Positions 8,123 through 16,556 of a stretch of DNA of 18,980 bases are shown here, piece by piece; the stretch's first letter is position 1, and each line of letters opens with the position of its first letter. Location: positions 1 through 18,980 of the forward strand of contig JAZDMQ010000066.1 of NCBI GenBank assembly GCA_043800755.1, given 5' to 3'. The notes beneath the pieces are model-generated. The model was not told the DNA's origin. It ran no database searches and saw only the letters and a program-made list of their open reading frames with translations. The translations under genes were made by a program, and so were the position numbers. This DNA comes from a bacterium. GTDB taxonomy: Bacteria; Methylomirabilota; Methylomirabilia; CAVQYV01.

Positions 8123-10585
8123 CTACCTCCACTCCACCACCTGGGTGGATTGCATTGCGGAGTTGACCTGCGCCTCAGTGAAGAGCATCGGCTTGTAGGT
8201 GAAGTCCACGAACATCTGGACCTGATCGCCCAGATGCGGGCTCTGCTCCCCATCGGCGCGGATGAAACCGCTGGTTCCGGGCGCGGTGATGTTCTCGCCG
8301 ATGATGCCCTCAGGAATCAGGCTTACAATATGGTTTTCAGTGCCGCGGTCCACCAGGGGAAACGGAGGGAGCTGGCCTACCGTGCTGGTGATCGGCTGCA
8401 TCAGGAAGAAGCCCAGGACGGTCACGGGATAGAATTGATCCATGGCGGTCTTCAGGCGGTAGTCTGCCGGGGCCTTACCCGGATTCTCCTTGGCCAGCTC
8501 CGCCAAGGCGGTCTCCAGGGCGGAATAGAGCACCTGGGCCTTCCGGCCGTTGAAGTAATCCACCCCCGTGCCTCCCTTGAGGGCTTCGTGGAAGAGGGTA
8601 TAGCCCAGGTAGCGGTGGGCCAGGATCTGGACTGCACTCTGCCCAAAGGCGTTCTTGTAGCCTTCAAACTCATCCCCGAAGGCCGCCGGGACCGCCTGGT
8701 TCCACCACCGATCGAAGATGGCCGCGCCCGGATGATCATAGTTGCCGTCCCGGTCGGCATCGAGAGCGATATTGTCCCATGCCGCCACCAGGCGCAGGGC
8801 CTCCTTGGCCGCTCCCGACTTGGGGCTCACATCTTTCACCGCCTCCAGGAGCAGGGCCTTGATGTTGATGGCCCGCTTGTCGTAGAAGGCGATGGTCTTG
8901 ACGATGTCCTTCACATCCTCCCGGGTGAGGGCCTGCTTCGCCTCGGCCAGTTGAGCCAGACAGGTGATCCGGCTATCCGAGCCCCAGCCACCCCACACGT
9001 CGGAGGTGGCCATATCGCCATGGCCCCAGCCCGGCTCCGGCTGGTTGTTCCAGTTGGCGATGTAGCCGCTGGCGGGGTTGGCCACATGGGGATTCCGGCT
9101 CTTGGGGATGTAGCCCTCCCATTCGAATTCCCCGGTCCCCGGGGTGGGAAGGCGCAGGTCCACCTCCGCGGAGCGGACGGGATGCAGTCCCAGGTGATAG
9201 TAGGCGATGTCCCCATCCACCGTGGCAAAGAAGTAGTTGATCGACATGTCGCTGCGCTGGGCCGCCTGGTCGAAGGCAGGGACTGTCTCGGCCTTCATCA
9301 GATCGTAGAAAGAGGCGAGCCCCTCCAAAAAGTGCTCCCGGCAGCTGAGCCGCTTGCTGAAGGCCACCTGGTTCTTCTCATCGGTGTAGAAGACCGGGCC
9401 ATGCACCGTGTAGCTGAATTCCGTCACCACCGGGGCCGCCTTGTCCTTTACCCGGAAGGTCTCCGACCTCACCTCCATGTCGTGCCAGGTTCCTTTGAAC
9501 CAGTACTGGCGCGGGGAGGCCGGGTTGAGCTTCTCGGCAAAGAAGTCCTCGATATTGTCCGCTCCGGCGGTAGAGGAGAAGGAGGCGCGCCGATTGTGGC
9601 CGAACATGATGAAGGGATAGCCGCTCAGGGTCGATCCCACGGCCTCGATGCCAGCCCCATGGAGGCCCACCTCGTAGAGGGCGGAAGGCAGCTGGTAGTT
9701 GAATTGCGGGCCGCCCATCAATAAAGGCTTCCCTGAAGCCGACTTCTCAGGGGAGAGGACCAGGACATAGCTGGTGGGGTGGCCAAAGGGCAAGGCTTGG
9801 GCGATCATGTCAGCTCGCTCTACGCGCTCCTTGGCCCAGGCCTCGTAAGCCGAGGGCGAGGCCTTCAAGATGGAGGCCATCGAGGGATGCCGCCACTGGG
9901 CTCCTCCCGCCAGCTTGGGATTTTCCTGGAGGGGCTGAGGGGCCTGAGCGATGGTGGTGGGGCTTTCGGGGTCCAGACCCCAACACCAGTCCTGGAACAT
10001 GACCCTCGCCTGGTCCGCTCCATAACGCTCGGTGAGGTAATTGAGCATGGAGGCATTGGCCAGCTCCCCGGAGATGTCCATGAAAAATCCCATCACCGAC
10101 AGGAAATCGGCCGCCACATCCTCCGCGCTCCAGGGCTCAGGATCGAAACCGAACTGCTGAAACTCCTGGGGAAGCTTGTTCGCCCGATCTGCCAGGGCCT
10201 CGGCGATATAACCATTGATGCCTGCGGCAAAGGAGCGGAGCACCGTCTGCAGCTCGGGCTCCAGGGCCTCGATCTGCTGCTTGACCTCGCGAAGGGTCAG
10301 ATTATCCCGGCGATTCCCCTGGTCGAAGGCCAGGAGCTTCTCGCCGTAGACCTCCGAGAGGCGCCCCCAGAAAGTGCGGCGGAACATCTCCATTTGATAA
10401 AGACGATCGGACGCTGCCGCATATCCATAGCCGTAGTAAAGTCCTTCCAGGGTTTCGGAATAGATATGAGGAACCCCGTAGTTGTCCCGCACGATCGTAG
10501 CCTGGGGAGGGGCCGCCGTCGCTAAGGCGCCCCACATCAGTACGACGAATACCACACAGACCAGCCTGAAAGCCCTTGTGCCCAT
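8123..10585 (-). CDS. penicillin G acylase family Ntn-hydrolase precursor, secreted (820 aa)
   Basis: Signal peptide, IVRDNYGVPHIY, GYGYAAASDRLYQM, predicted beta-chain start SYVLV...GGPQF, FGHN, STAG, TVHGPV, YIANWNNQP, RGTEN, PGTSGF; ATG at 10585 after AAGGGGAG. Confidence 0.92.
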   Translation of the reverse strand: MGTRAFRLVCVVFVVLMWGALATAAPPQATIVRDNYGVPHIYSETLEGLYYGYGYAAASDRLYQMEMFRRTFWGRLSEVYGEKLLAFDQGNRRDNLTLREVKQQIEALEPELQTVLRSFAAGINGYIAEALADRANKLPQEFQQFGFDPEPWSAEDVAADFLSVMGFFMDISGELANASMLNYLTERYGADQARVMFQDWCWGLDPESPTTIAQAPQPLQENPKLAGGAQWRHPSMASILKASPSAYEAWAKERVERADMIAQALPFGHPTSYVLVLSPEKSASGKPLLMGGPQFNYQLPSALYEVGLHGAGIEAVGSTLSGYPFIMFGHNRRASFSSTAGADNIEDFFAEKLNPASPRQYWFKGTWHDMEVRSETFRVKDKAAPVVTEFSYTVHGPVFYTDEKNQVAFSKRLSCREHFLEGLASFYDLMKAETVPAFDQAAQRSDMSINYFFATVDGDIAYYHLGLHPVRSAEVDLRLPTPGTGEFEWEGYIPKSRNPHVANPASGYIANWNNQPEPGWGHGDMATSDVWGGWGSDSRITCLAQLAEAKQALTREDVKDIVKTIAFYDKRAINIKALLLEAVKDVSPKSGAAKEALRLVAAWDNIALDADRDGNYDHPGAAIFDRWWNQAVPAAFGDEFEGYKNAFGQSAVQILAHRYLGYTLFHEALKGGTGVDYFNGRKAQVLYSALETALAELAKENPGKAPADYRLKTAMDQFYPVTVLGFFLMQPITSTVGQLPPFPLVDRGTENHIVSLIPEGIIGENITAPGTSGFIRADGEQSPHLGDQVQMFVDFTYKPMLFTEAQVNSAMQSTQVVEWR

Positions 10586-10640
10586 GGTACTCCCCCTTTC
10601 CGGAATTGATTTTAGCCCTTTGGCCAATGAATTAGGCAGG

Positions 10641-10669
10641 ATGCTAATCAAAGCGTAGGGATCTGTCAA
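10641..10669 (-). promoter_or_regulatory. sigma70 promoter of the acylase gene
   Basis: TTGACA-17 bp-TAGCAT. Confidence 0.65.
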
Positions 10670-10843
10670 GCTTTTAATCGAAGCTGCATCTTAAAATGGG
10701 GGGCTTGGGCCGATCTCGTCCAGGCCACGAAGCTGGCGGCGGGGAGGGGATTTCGCCTCAGGCGGAGAAGGGAGGGCCAAGGCTGGGCCGGATCACCGGC
10801 CCGGCTAAGGGGAGAATGGGAGAACGATCGAGGGTTGCCCCTA

Positions 10844-11254
10844 TCAAATCGTCAGTTTCCTTCCTACTTCATAGATCCCTCTGAACACAAAAGGGCTCTC
10901 CACACTGGGTGGTTTGTCGGGCTGCCAGAAACAAGCCACGCATTCGTGAATCTCCCTTCCCAATTCCAGCGTAACCCAGCAGTAATTGTATTGGCCCCTC
11001 AGCTTCTCTGCCCGCTCTCGCTTGGTCACCTCTAAAAGGGTTACCTTGTATTGATACTTGGAGGGGTTGTCCCGCTTCCAGTTCTGGTTGACATACTTTT
11101 CGATAAACGAAGAGTAGGCGGAGATCTCCTCGGGAGCCGTCAATGCAGGAGCCTCATTGGAGGTTTCCTTGGCCCCCAGCGGAAGGGAGAACTGAAGAAT
11201 GACCCATCCGATCAAGATAAGGATGAGGGGATTGGTAGATCTGGCTCTTTTCAT
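10844..11254 (-). CDS. hypothetical exported protein (136 aa)
   Basis: ATG after AAAGGTG; basic N-terminus plus hydrophobic signal-like segment; three Cys; no family recognised. Confidence 0.6.
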   Translation of the reverse strand: MKRARSTNPLILILIGWVILQFSLPLGAKETSNEAPALTAPEEISAYSSFIEKYVNQNWKRDNPSKYQYKVTLLEVTKRERAEKLRGQYNYCWVTLELGREIHECVACFWQPDKPPSVESPFVFRGIYEVGRKLTI

Positions 11255-11576
11255 GAATTCACCTTTATTTTCGCTCGCCCTTCAATAGCGTATGCACCCC
11301 ATTTTGGGCTCAAGCGGCGCATCGATTGATCGATTGATTGATCATTGAAAACCATCGGGTGCTGGAGTCGTCTCCAGCCCTCTTCTGTCCCTTATCTTAT
11401 CATGATTGGCCTCTCCTGTCAAAATCCATGCAGGCAGCAACCCCTCAGCCCTGCAAGATATCAAAGGAGTGGCCGGTGGGAAACTGAGACGACGGCTCTG
11501 GGACGCCGTCCCGAGGGGGTCGGCGGGCATTCTGGGGCCAGGCGCCGGCACAGGACGATCTTTTTTCAGGGTATTA

Positions 11577-11605
11577 TTGACATTGGGAAAAGGGGGGAAT
11601 AGAAT
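11577..11605 (+). promoter_or_regulatory. sigma70 promoter of the propeller gene pair
   Basis: TTGACA-17 bp-TAGAAT. Confidence 0.75.
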
Positions 11606-11668
11606 CCAGTCCCGGAAACGCACCTGTCAACCTGAGCTTCCAAAAGCACCCCTCGCCCGGAGGTCACG

Positions 11669-13735
11669 ATGAAAACAAAGCACGGTCGCTCATTGATCCT
11701 GGTCCTCATCCTGGGCTTCATCGGCCTCAGCGCCCTGGAATGCTCGGCCTATTTGGAGCAAATCTTGGCTGCCAAGAGAGCACCCAGGTTGGATGCGGTT
11801 CTCGAGGTGGGTACCATGCCCTCTCCCCTCCCTTCCCGCCGTCAGATCATCGACGCCGATAAGGGTGCCTCCTGCCTGTTGTGTCACCGCATGCCTTATC
11901 CCACTGCACCTCAGAAGCCGTCCAAACCAGGAGAGACAGTCCTCTCTTCGATTCAAACGACCCCTCCTGGAGGCCTGCGCCTGCTGACCTCCGCTTCCCC
12001 CCCTCTGAACAGCATCGCCGGGGCATGGAGCCCGGACGGCAAGCAGGTGGCCTATTCCATCAATCTTTTTCAGAAGGATTGGGATATCTGGGTAATCGAC
12101 GCGGATGGCAAGAATCGCCGGCCATTGATCTCGGGCTCTGCCATCGATATGGCCCCGGATTGGAGCCGGGATGGCAAATCCATCCTCTTTCAATCCAATC
12201 GATCCGGGAATAACGATATCTGGATGATGGAGATCGCTTCCAAGAAGCTGACCCAGCTCACCCAAGACCCGGGCCAGGAGATCCTGCCCAAATGGTCACC
12301 GGATAGAAAGAGGATCGTATTCCAGTCCAACCGCTCGGGCGATGAAGAGATCTGGGTGATGGAGATCGCGAATGGGCAATGGACGCAACTCACCAATAGC
12401 CCGGCCAAGGATGAAAATCCGGTCTTCAGCCCGTCCGGAGATCAGATCCTTTTCGTCTCGGACCGCACTGGGAACAAGGACATCTTCATCATGAACGCGG
12501 ATGGCTCGGGCCAGAAGGCGCTGACCCAAGGACCAGACGAGGATATGGCGCCCAACTGGAGCCCAGATGGCAAGAAGATCATTTTTTCCCGCAAGAACGG
12601 AGACAACCTGGATCTTTGGGTGATGAATCGAGACGGGAGCGAGCCGATCCGTCTGACCAGCCATCCGGCCGCAGAGGTCGGTCCGTACTGGAGCCCGGAT
12701 GGAAAGTGGATCATCTTTTCTTCCAACATCCGCGGCAATTGGGATGTCCTCCTCATGCAGGTGGATGCCTCGATGGTCGATCCGGAGAAGAGCCCCGTGA
12801 AGCGCCTCACCGATTCCGAGGCCCGAGAGGTGGGGGCAGTCTTCAGCCCGGATGGAAAGAAGATTGCCTATAATTCGGACGTAAAGGGACACTGGAGCCT
12901 CTGGGTGATGGAGGTGGATGGATCCAATAAAAAGCAGCTCACCGCCGATGACGAGGATGCCGGCTGGCCCGCCTGGTCCCCCGATGGCAAGCAGATCCTC
13001 TACTGGGCCACGAAGAATGGCAATCAGGATGTCTGGGTGATCAATGCCGATGGCTCCCACAAGAAGCGGCTGACCGATGATCCAGCCCTGGATGGAGATG
13101 CACAGTGGAGCCCGGACGGAAAGGGGATCGTCTTCGTCTCCGAGCGATCCGGAAAGGGTGATATCTATGTCATGGATGTCGATGGCTCCGGCCTCAAACG
13201 CCTGACCTTCACCGACGCCCTCGATTGGACGCCTTATTGGAGTCCGGACGGCAAGAGGATCGCCTATGTCTCGAATGCGACCGGCAAATGGGAGATATGG
13301 ACGGTGGAGGTCGAGACTTTAGAGAGAGCACACCTCACACCTGATTCCTGCGGCAGCTTTGCACCGCGGTGGAGGTGGGACGGGAGTCAGATCTGCCGTG
13401 TGACATGGCAAGGGGGTGAGTACGCCATCAAGGGCAGCTTCGATGTGGGGATCATGGACCAGGACGGCAGCGGAAAGATCGAGCTGGCCCCCTCTCCCTT
13501 CGATGAGCGCTCCGCCCGTTGGTGTCCTGATGGCAGTCGGATCCTATTTTGGTCCTGGCGGACCGGAAACCCCGAGATCTTCGTGGTGAAAACTGACGGC
13601 TCCCGCCTGACCCAGCTGACCGACAACCTCGCTTACGATGTCTTCCCCTCCTTCAGTCCGGACGGAAAGAAGATCGCCTTCGATTCCGACCGGATGGGGA
13701 ACTTCGATATCTGGGTGATGGAGGTACCTCGATGA
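11669..13735 (+). CDS. secreted protein with single CxxCH motif and 13 PD40/TolB-like beta-propeller repeats (paralog 1)
   Basis: Signal peptide; CLLCH at aa 69-73; 13 (W/F)SPDG-type repeats; lacks a recognisable TolB N-terminal domain; GGAGG RBS. Confidence 0.9.
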   Translation: MKTKHGRSLILVLILGFIGLSALECSAYLEQILAAKRAPRLDAVLEVGTMPSPLPSRRQIIDADKGASCLLCHRMPYPTAPQKPSKPGETVLSSIQTTPPGGLRLLTSASPPLNSIAGAWSPDGKQVAYSINLFQKDWDIWVIDADGKNRRPLISGSAIDMAPDWSRDGKSILFQSNRSGNNDIWMMEIASKKLTQLTQDPGQEILPKWSPDRKRIVFQSNRSGDEEIWVMEIANGQWTQLTNSPAKDENPVFSPSGDQILFVSDRTGNKDIFIMNADGSGQKALTQGPDEDMAPNWSPDGKKIIFSRKNGDNLDLWVMNRDGSEPIRLTSHPAAEVGPYWSPDGKWIIFSSNIRGNWDVLLMQVDASMVDPEKSPVKRLTDSEAREVGAVFSPDGKKIAYNSDVKGHWSLWVMEVDGSNKKQLTADDEDAGWPAWSPDGKQILYWATKNGNQDVWVINADGSHKKRLTDDPALDGDAQWSPDGKGIVFVSERSGKGDIYVMDVDGSGLKRLTFTDALDWTPYWSPDGKRIAYVSNATGKWEIWTVEVETLERAHLTPDSCGSFAPRWRWDGSQICRVTWQGGEYAIKGSFDVGIMDQDGSGKIELAPSPFDERSARWCPDGSRILFWSWRTGNPEIFVVKTDGSRLTQLTDNLAYDVFPSFSPDGKKIAFDSDRMGNFDIWVMEVPR

Positions 13736-13850
13736 TTAGATAAGATTCATGACAAGTCACACGTTTAACAATAGGTGATCAAAGAATTGACCGTGGTCGG
13801 GATTCTTTGATTGTTTGCTTGGCAAAACTGCTTCGGTTTGGAGGTCACTG

Positions 13851-15953
13851 GTGAAAAGCAAACATCGTCCCATGTTTCTGGGAGTGCTCGCACTCTCTCT
13901 GCTCCTGGGCTCATTCACCCTTTTGCCTCTCAAGTCGGCAGCCTATGAAAAGCTTACCGGAGCCGACACGCAGCAGAAGAAAGAAGTGGTCAGGGGCGCC
14001 TTCCCGGATCAGGTTCCCGAAGTAGGCGGAGTCCCCTTCCCTCTTCCTTCCCGGCGTCAGATCATAGACGCCAACAAGGGGGCTGTCTGCCTGCAATGTC
14101 ACCGCATGCCTTATCCCACGGCACCCCAGAAGCCGGAAGCACCTGGGAAAGAGACCCCTTCCTCCATTCAGATCAGCGCCCCCGGAGGATGGCGACTCCT
14201 CACCTCGCTCCCCTACCCTTTTAACAAAAGAGTGGGAGGGTGGAGTCCGGACGGCAAGCAGCTGGCCTATTCCGTTAATCTCTTTCAAGATGATTGGGAT
14301 ATCTGGGTAACGGATGCCAACGGCAAGAATCGCCGTCCCCTCCTTTCCGGACCTACGAGCGACCGGGCACCTGCCTTCAGCCCGGATGGCAAATCCATCC
14401 TCTTTCAATCCAATCGATCCGGGAATAACGATATCTGGATGATGGAGATCGCCTCCAAGAAGCTGACCCAGCTCACGAACCATTCCAGCGAAGAGACCAT
14501 GCCCAGATGGTCGCCGGATGCAAAGTATATAGTCTTTCAGTCCAACCGCTCGGGCGGTGAGGATATCTGGACGATGGAGCTGGACACGAAAAAATGGAGG
14601 CAGTTGACAAACGATCCGGCCAGTGACGAGGCTCCCGTCTTCAGCCCCAAGGGGGACCAGATCGTCTTCGTCTCCAATCGCTCCGGCAATAAGGAGATTT
14701 GGGTCATGAACCCGGATGGCTCGGGCCAGAAGGCGCTGACCCAAAAGCCAGGCGAGGATGTAACCCCCTGCTGGTCCCCAGATGGAAGGAAGATCCTCTT
14801 CTCCCACAAGCGGAAAGACAACTGGGACCTCTGGGTGATGAATGCAGATGGGAGCGAGCCCATCCGCCTGACCACCCATCCGGCCGCAGAGATGGATCCC
14901 CACTGGAGCCCGGACGGAGGGTCAATCTGTTTCTCCTCCAATATCCGGGGTAAATGGGACGTCCTCCTCATGCAGGTGGATGCCTCCATGGTCGATCCCT
15001 CTCGTAGCCCTCTCAAGCGCCTCACCGACAGCGAGGCCCGGGAGGTAGGGCCGATCTGGAGCCCGGATGGGAAGAAGATCGCCTACAACTCCGATGTGAA
15101 GGGTCACTGGAGCCTCTGGGTCATGGACTCGGATGGGTCCAACCATAAGCAACTGACCGGCGACGGGGAAAATGCCGGCTGGCCCTGCTGGAGCCTGGAC
15201 GGGAAGAGAATCCTGTACTGGGCATGCAAGAATGGAAATGAGGACGTATGGGTGACGGATGCGGATGGATCGAACAAGAGACGCTTAACCGATCATCCAG
15301 CCCTGGATGGAGACGCTGAGTGGAGCCCGGATGGAAAGAAAATTGTCTTCGTCTCTGAACGCACCGGTCTGGGCGATATCTATGTGATGGATGCTGATGG
15401 TACCAATCTCAAGCGCTTGACTTTCACCGACGCCTTCGATTGGACGCCCCACTGGAGCCCAGACGGGCGGAAGGTGGCTTACATCTCCAATGAGACCGGC
15501 CAGTTCGAGATCTGGGTGGTGGATGTCGAGACCTCAGAGAAGGGTCATCTCACCCCCGAGGGGCAGGCCAACGTGGTGCCTCAGTGGAGGCCGGACGGCC
15601 AACAGATCCTCTATTCAGGATGGCGAGGAGGTAAATACAAGGCCCTGCAGGGGAGCTATGATCTGGTAACCATGGATCCCCAGGGCGGCAGCAAGCAGGA
15701 CATCGTCACCTCCCCGCGGGACGAGATGACCCCGCGGTGGAGCCCAGATGGAAAGAGGATCCTCTTCTCCTCCTGGCGGACGGGGAATCCGGAGATCTAC
15801 ATTGCCGGCTATGATGGAAGCGGGCTGACCCAGCTCACCGATAATTCATCCTGGGATGTCCACGCAGCCTGGTCTCCTAACGGCAAGAAGATCGCCTTCG
15901 ATTCCGACCGCATGGGCAACTTCGATATCTGGGTGATGGAGGTGCGGGAGTAA
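13851..15953 (+). CDS. secreted protein with single CxxCH motif and 13 PD40/TolB-like repeats (paralog 2, 700 aa)
   Basis: GTG start after GGAGGTCAC (same context as paralog 1; MKSKH vs MKTKH); CLQCH at aa 80-84; 13 repeats colinear with paralog 1. Confidence 0.9.
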   Translation: MKSKHRPMFLGVLALSLLLGSFTLLPLKSAAYEKLTGADTQQKKEVVRGAFPDQVPEVGGVPFPLPSRRQIIDANKGAVCLQCHRMPYPTAPQKPEAPGKETPSSIQISAPGGWRLLTSLPYPFNKRVGGWSPDGKQLAYSVNLFQDDWDIWVTDANGKNRRPLLSGPTSDRAPAFSPDGKSILFQSNRSGNNDIWMMEIASKKLTQLTNHSSEETMPRWSPDAKYIVFQSNRSGGEDIWTMELDTKKWRQLTNDPASDEAPVFSPKGDQIVFVSNRSGNKEIWVMNPDGSGQKALTQKPGEDVTPCWSPDGRKILFSHKRKDNWDLWVMNADGSEPIRLTTHPAAEMDPHWSPDGGSICFSSNIRGKWDVLLMQVDASMVDPSRSPLKRLTDSEAREVGPIWSPDGKKIAYNSDVKGHWSLWVMDSDGSNHKQLTGDGENAGWPCWSLDGKRILYWACKNGNEDVWVTDADGSNKRRLTDHPALDGDAEWSPDGKKIVFVSERTGLGDIYVMDADGTNLKRLTFTDAFDWTPHWSPDGRKVAYISNETGQFEIWVVDVETSEKGHLTPEGQANVVPQWRPDGQQILYSGWRGGKYKALQGSYDLVTMDPQGGSKQDIVTSPRDEMTPRWSPDGKRILFSSWRTGNPEIYIAGYDGSGLTQLTDNSSWDVHAAWSPNGKKIAFDSDRMGNFDIWVMEVRE

Positions 15954-15998
15954 TATCAAGATAGACTCCTGATCCTGAGGTTAAGACTGAACAACTTC

Positions 15999-16048
15999 AA
16001 GGGCGCCTCGAGTCGATTGCATCGATCATTGGGGCGCCCTTCTTTCTT
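15999..16048 (+). terminator. probable intrinsic terminator after the propeller pair
   Basis: AAGGGCGCCTC...GGGGCGCCCTT followed by CTTTCTT. Confidence 0.6.
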
Positions 16049-16082
16049 GATGGGATTCCCTGCGCTCCTTCCCATTTTTTTC

Positions 16083-16112
16083 TTGACAGCCCAGAAATGA
16101 TGGAAGTATAAA
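16083..16112 (+). promoter_or_regulatory. sigma70 promoter upstream of the riboswitch
   Basis: TTGACA-18 bp-TATAAA. Confidence 0.65.
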
Positions 16113-16133
16113 AGACGGAAAGATAAATGGCCA

Positions 16134-16233
16134 TCGACTCTGATCTGGCATTCCTAAAGCCTGTGCTACGGATGCCAGGCGATAGGGTGCTTCTGGAAAC
16201 GGATGCGCCTCCCGTGCTTGGAAAGGAGTTCGA
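16134..16233 (+). ncRNA. Moco RNA motif riboswitch, P3-lacking (Tuco/tungsten-cofactor type)
   Basis: P1 GACTCT/GGAGTT; P2 TCTGGCAT-tCCTAAAGC..GCTACGG-ATGCCAGG; then directly AGGGTGC..GGAAAC..GCGCCT; CCCGT..GGAAAGGAGT 3' signature; upstream of a TupA-like gene. Confidence 0.88.
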
Positions 16234-16249
16234 GTAGCGGCTGCCATTT

Positions 16250-16313
16250 GCCGGCGTGAAGCTCGTCTCCGCCGGCTTCTTTTTTGCCGGTGTGAAGCTC
16301 GCCGGCCTTTTTC
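16250..16313 (+). terminator. two tandem, mutually similar terminators (riboswitch expression platform)
   Basis: GCCGGCG...CGCCGGC-TTCTTTTTT and GCCGGTG...CGCCGGC-CTTTTT. Confidence 0.75.
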
Positions 16314-16556
16314 GGCGGTCCCTCGGGTTTTCCAGCGGAATGGAACAAGGGGTCCCTGCCTCCTCCCTCCAAACCCCTTTTTTTCCGCCTCGGAGAGAGC
16401 CTCCTCTGGCTCTCTTCCGCCCATTCAGGCTGAAATGCCTTAATCTGACGGAAAGGAGTGATACCCATGAGAGACCAAACAACAATTACCGACGCTCTTC
16501 CTTCGTCTTTCAACGATCATAATTGCTTTCGTTCTCTTGTCCGAAAGGAGATGATG

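Noticed and set aside
4369-10525. Long antisense ORFs (4369..5427, 6633..7514, 8150..9724, 9779..10525)
   Set aside because: Shadow frames of well-supported genes in GC-rich DNA
10781-10806. GC-rich hairpin GGCTGGGCCGG-ATCA-CCGGCCCGGCT as terminator or REP
   Set aside because: No U-tract and no second copy seen in the window
11669-15953. Calling the pair tolB, a lipoprotein, or a CRISPR-like repeat array
   Set aside because: No TolB N-domain or tol-pal context; ALEC is not a good lipobox; the repeats are degenerate protein-coding blades without spacers
15997-16522. Short ORFs on both strands upstream of the porin
   Set aside because: Region is explained by terminator, promoter, riboswitch and leader
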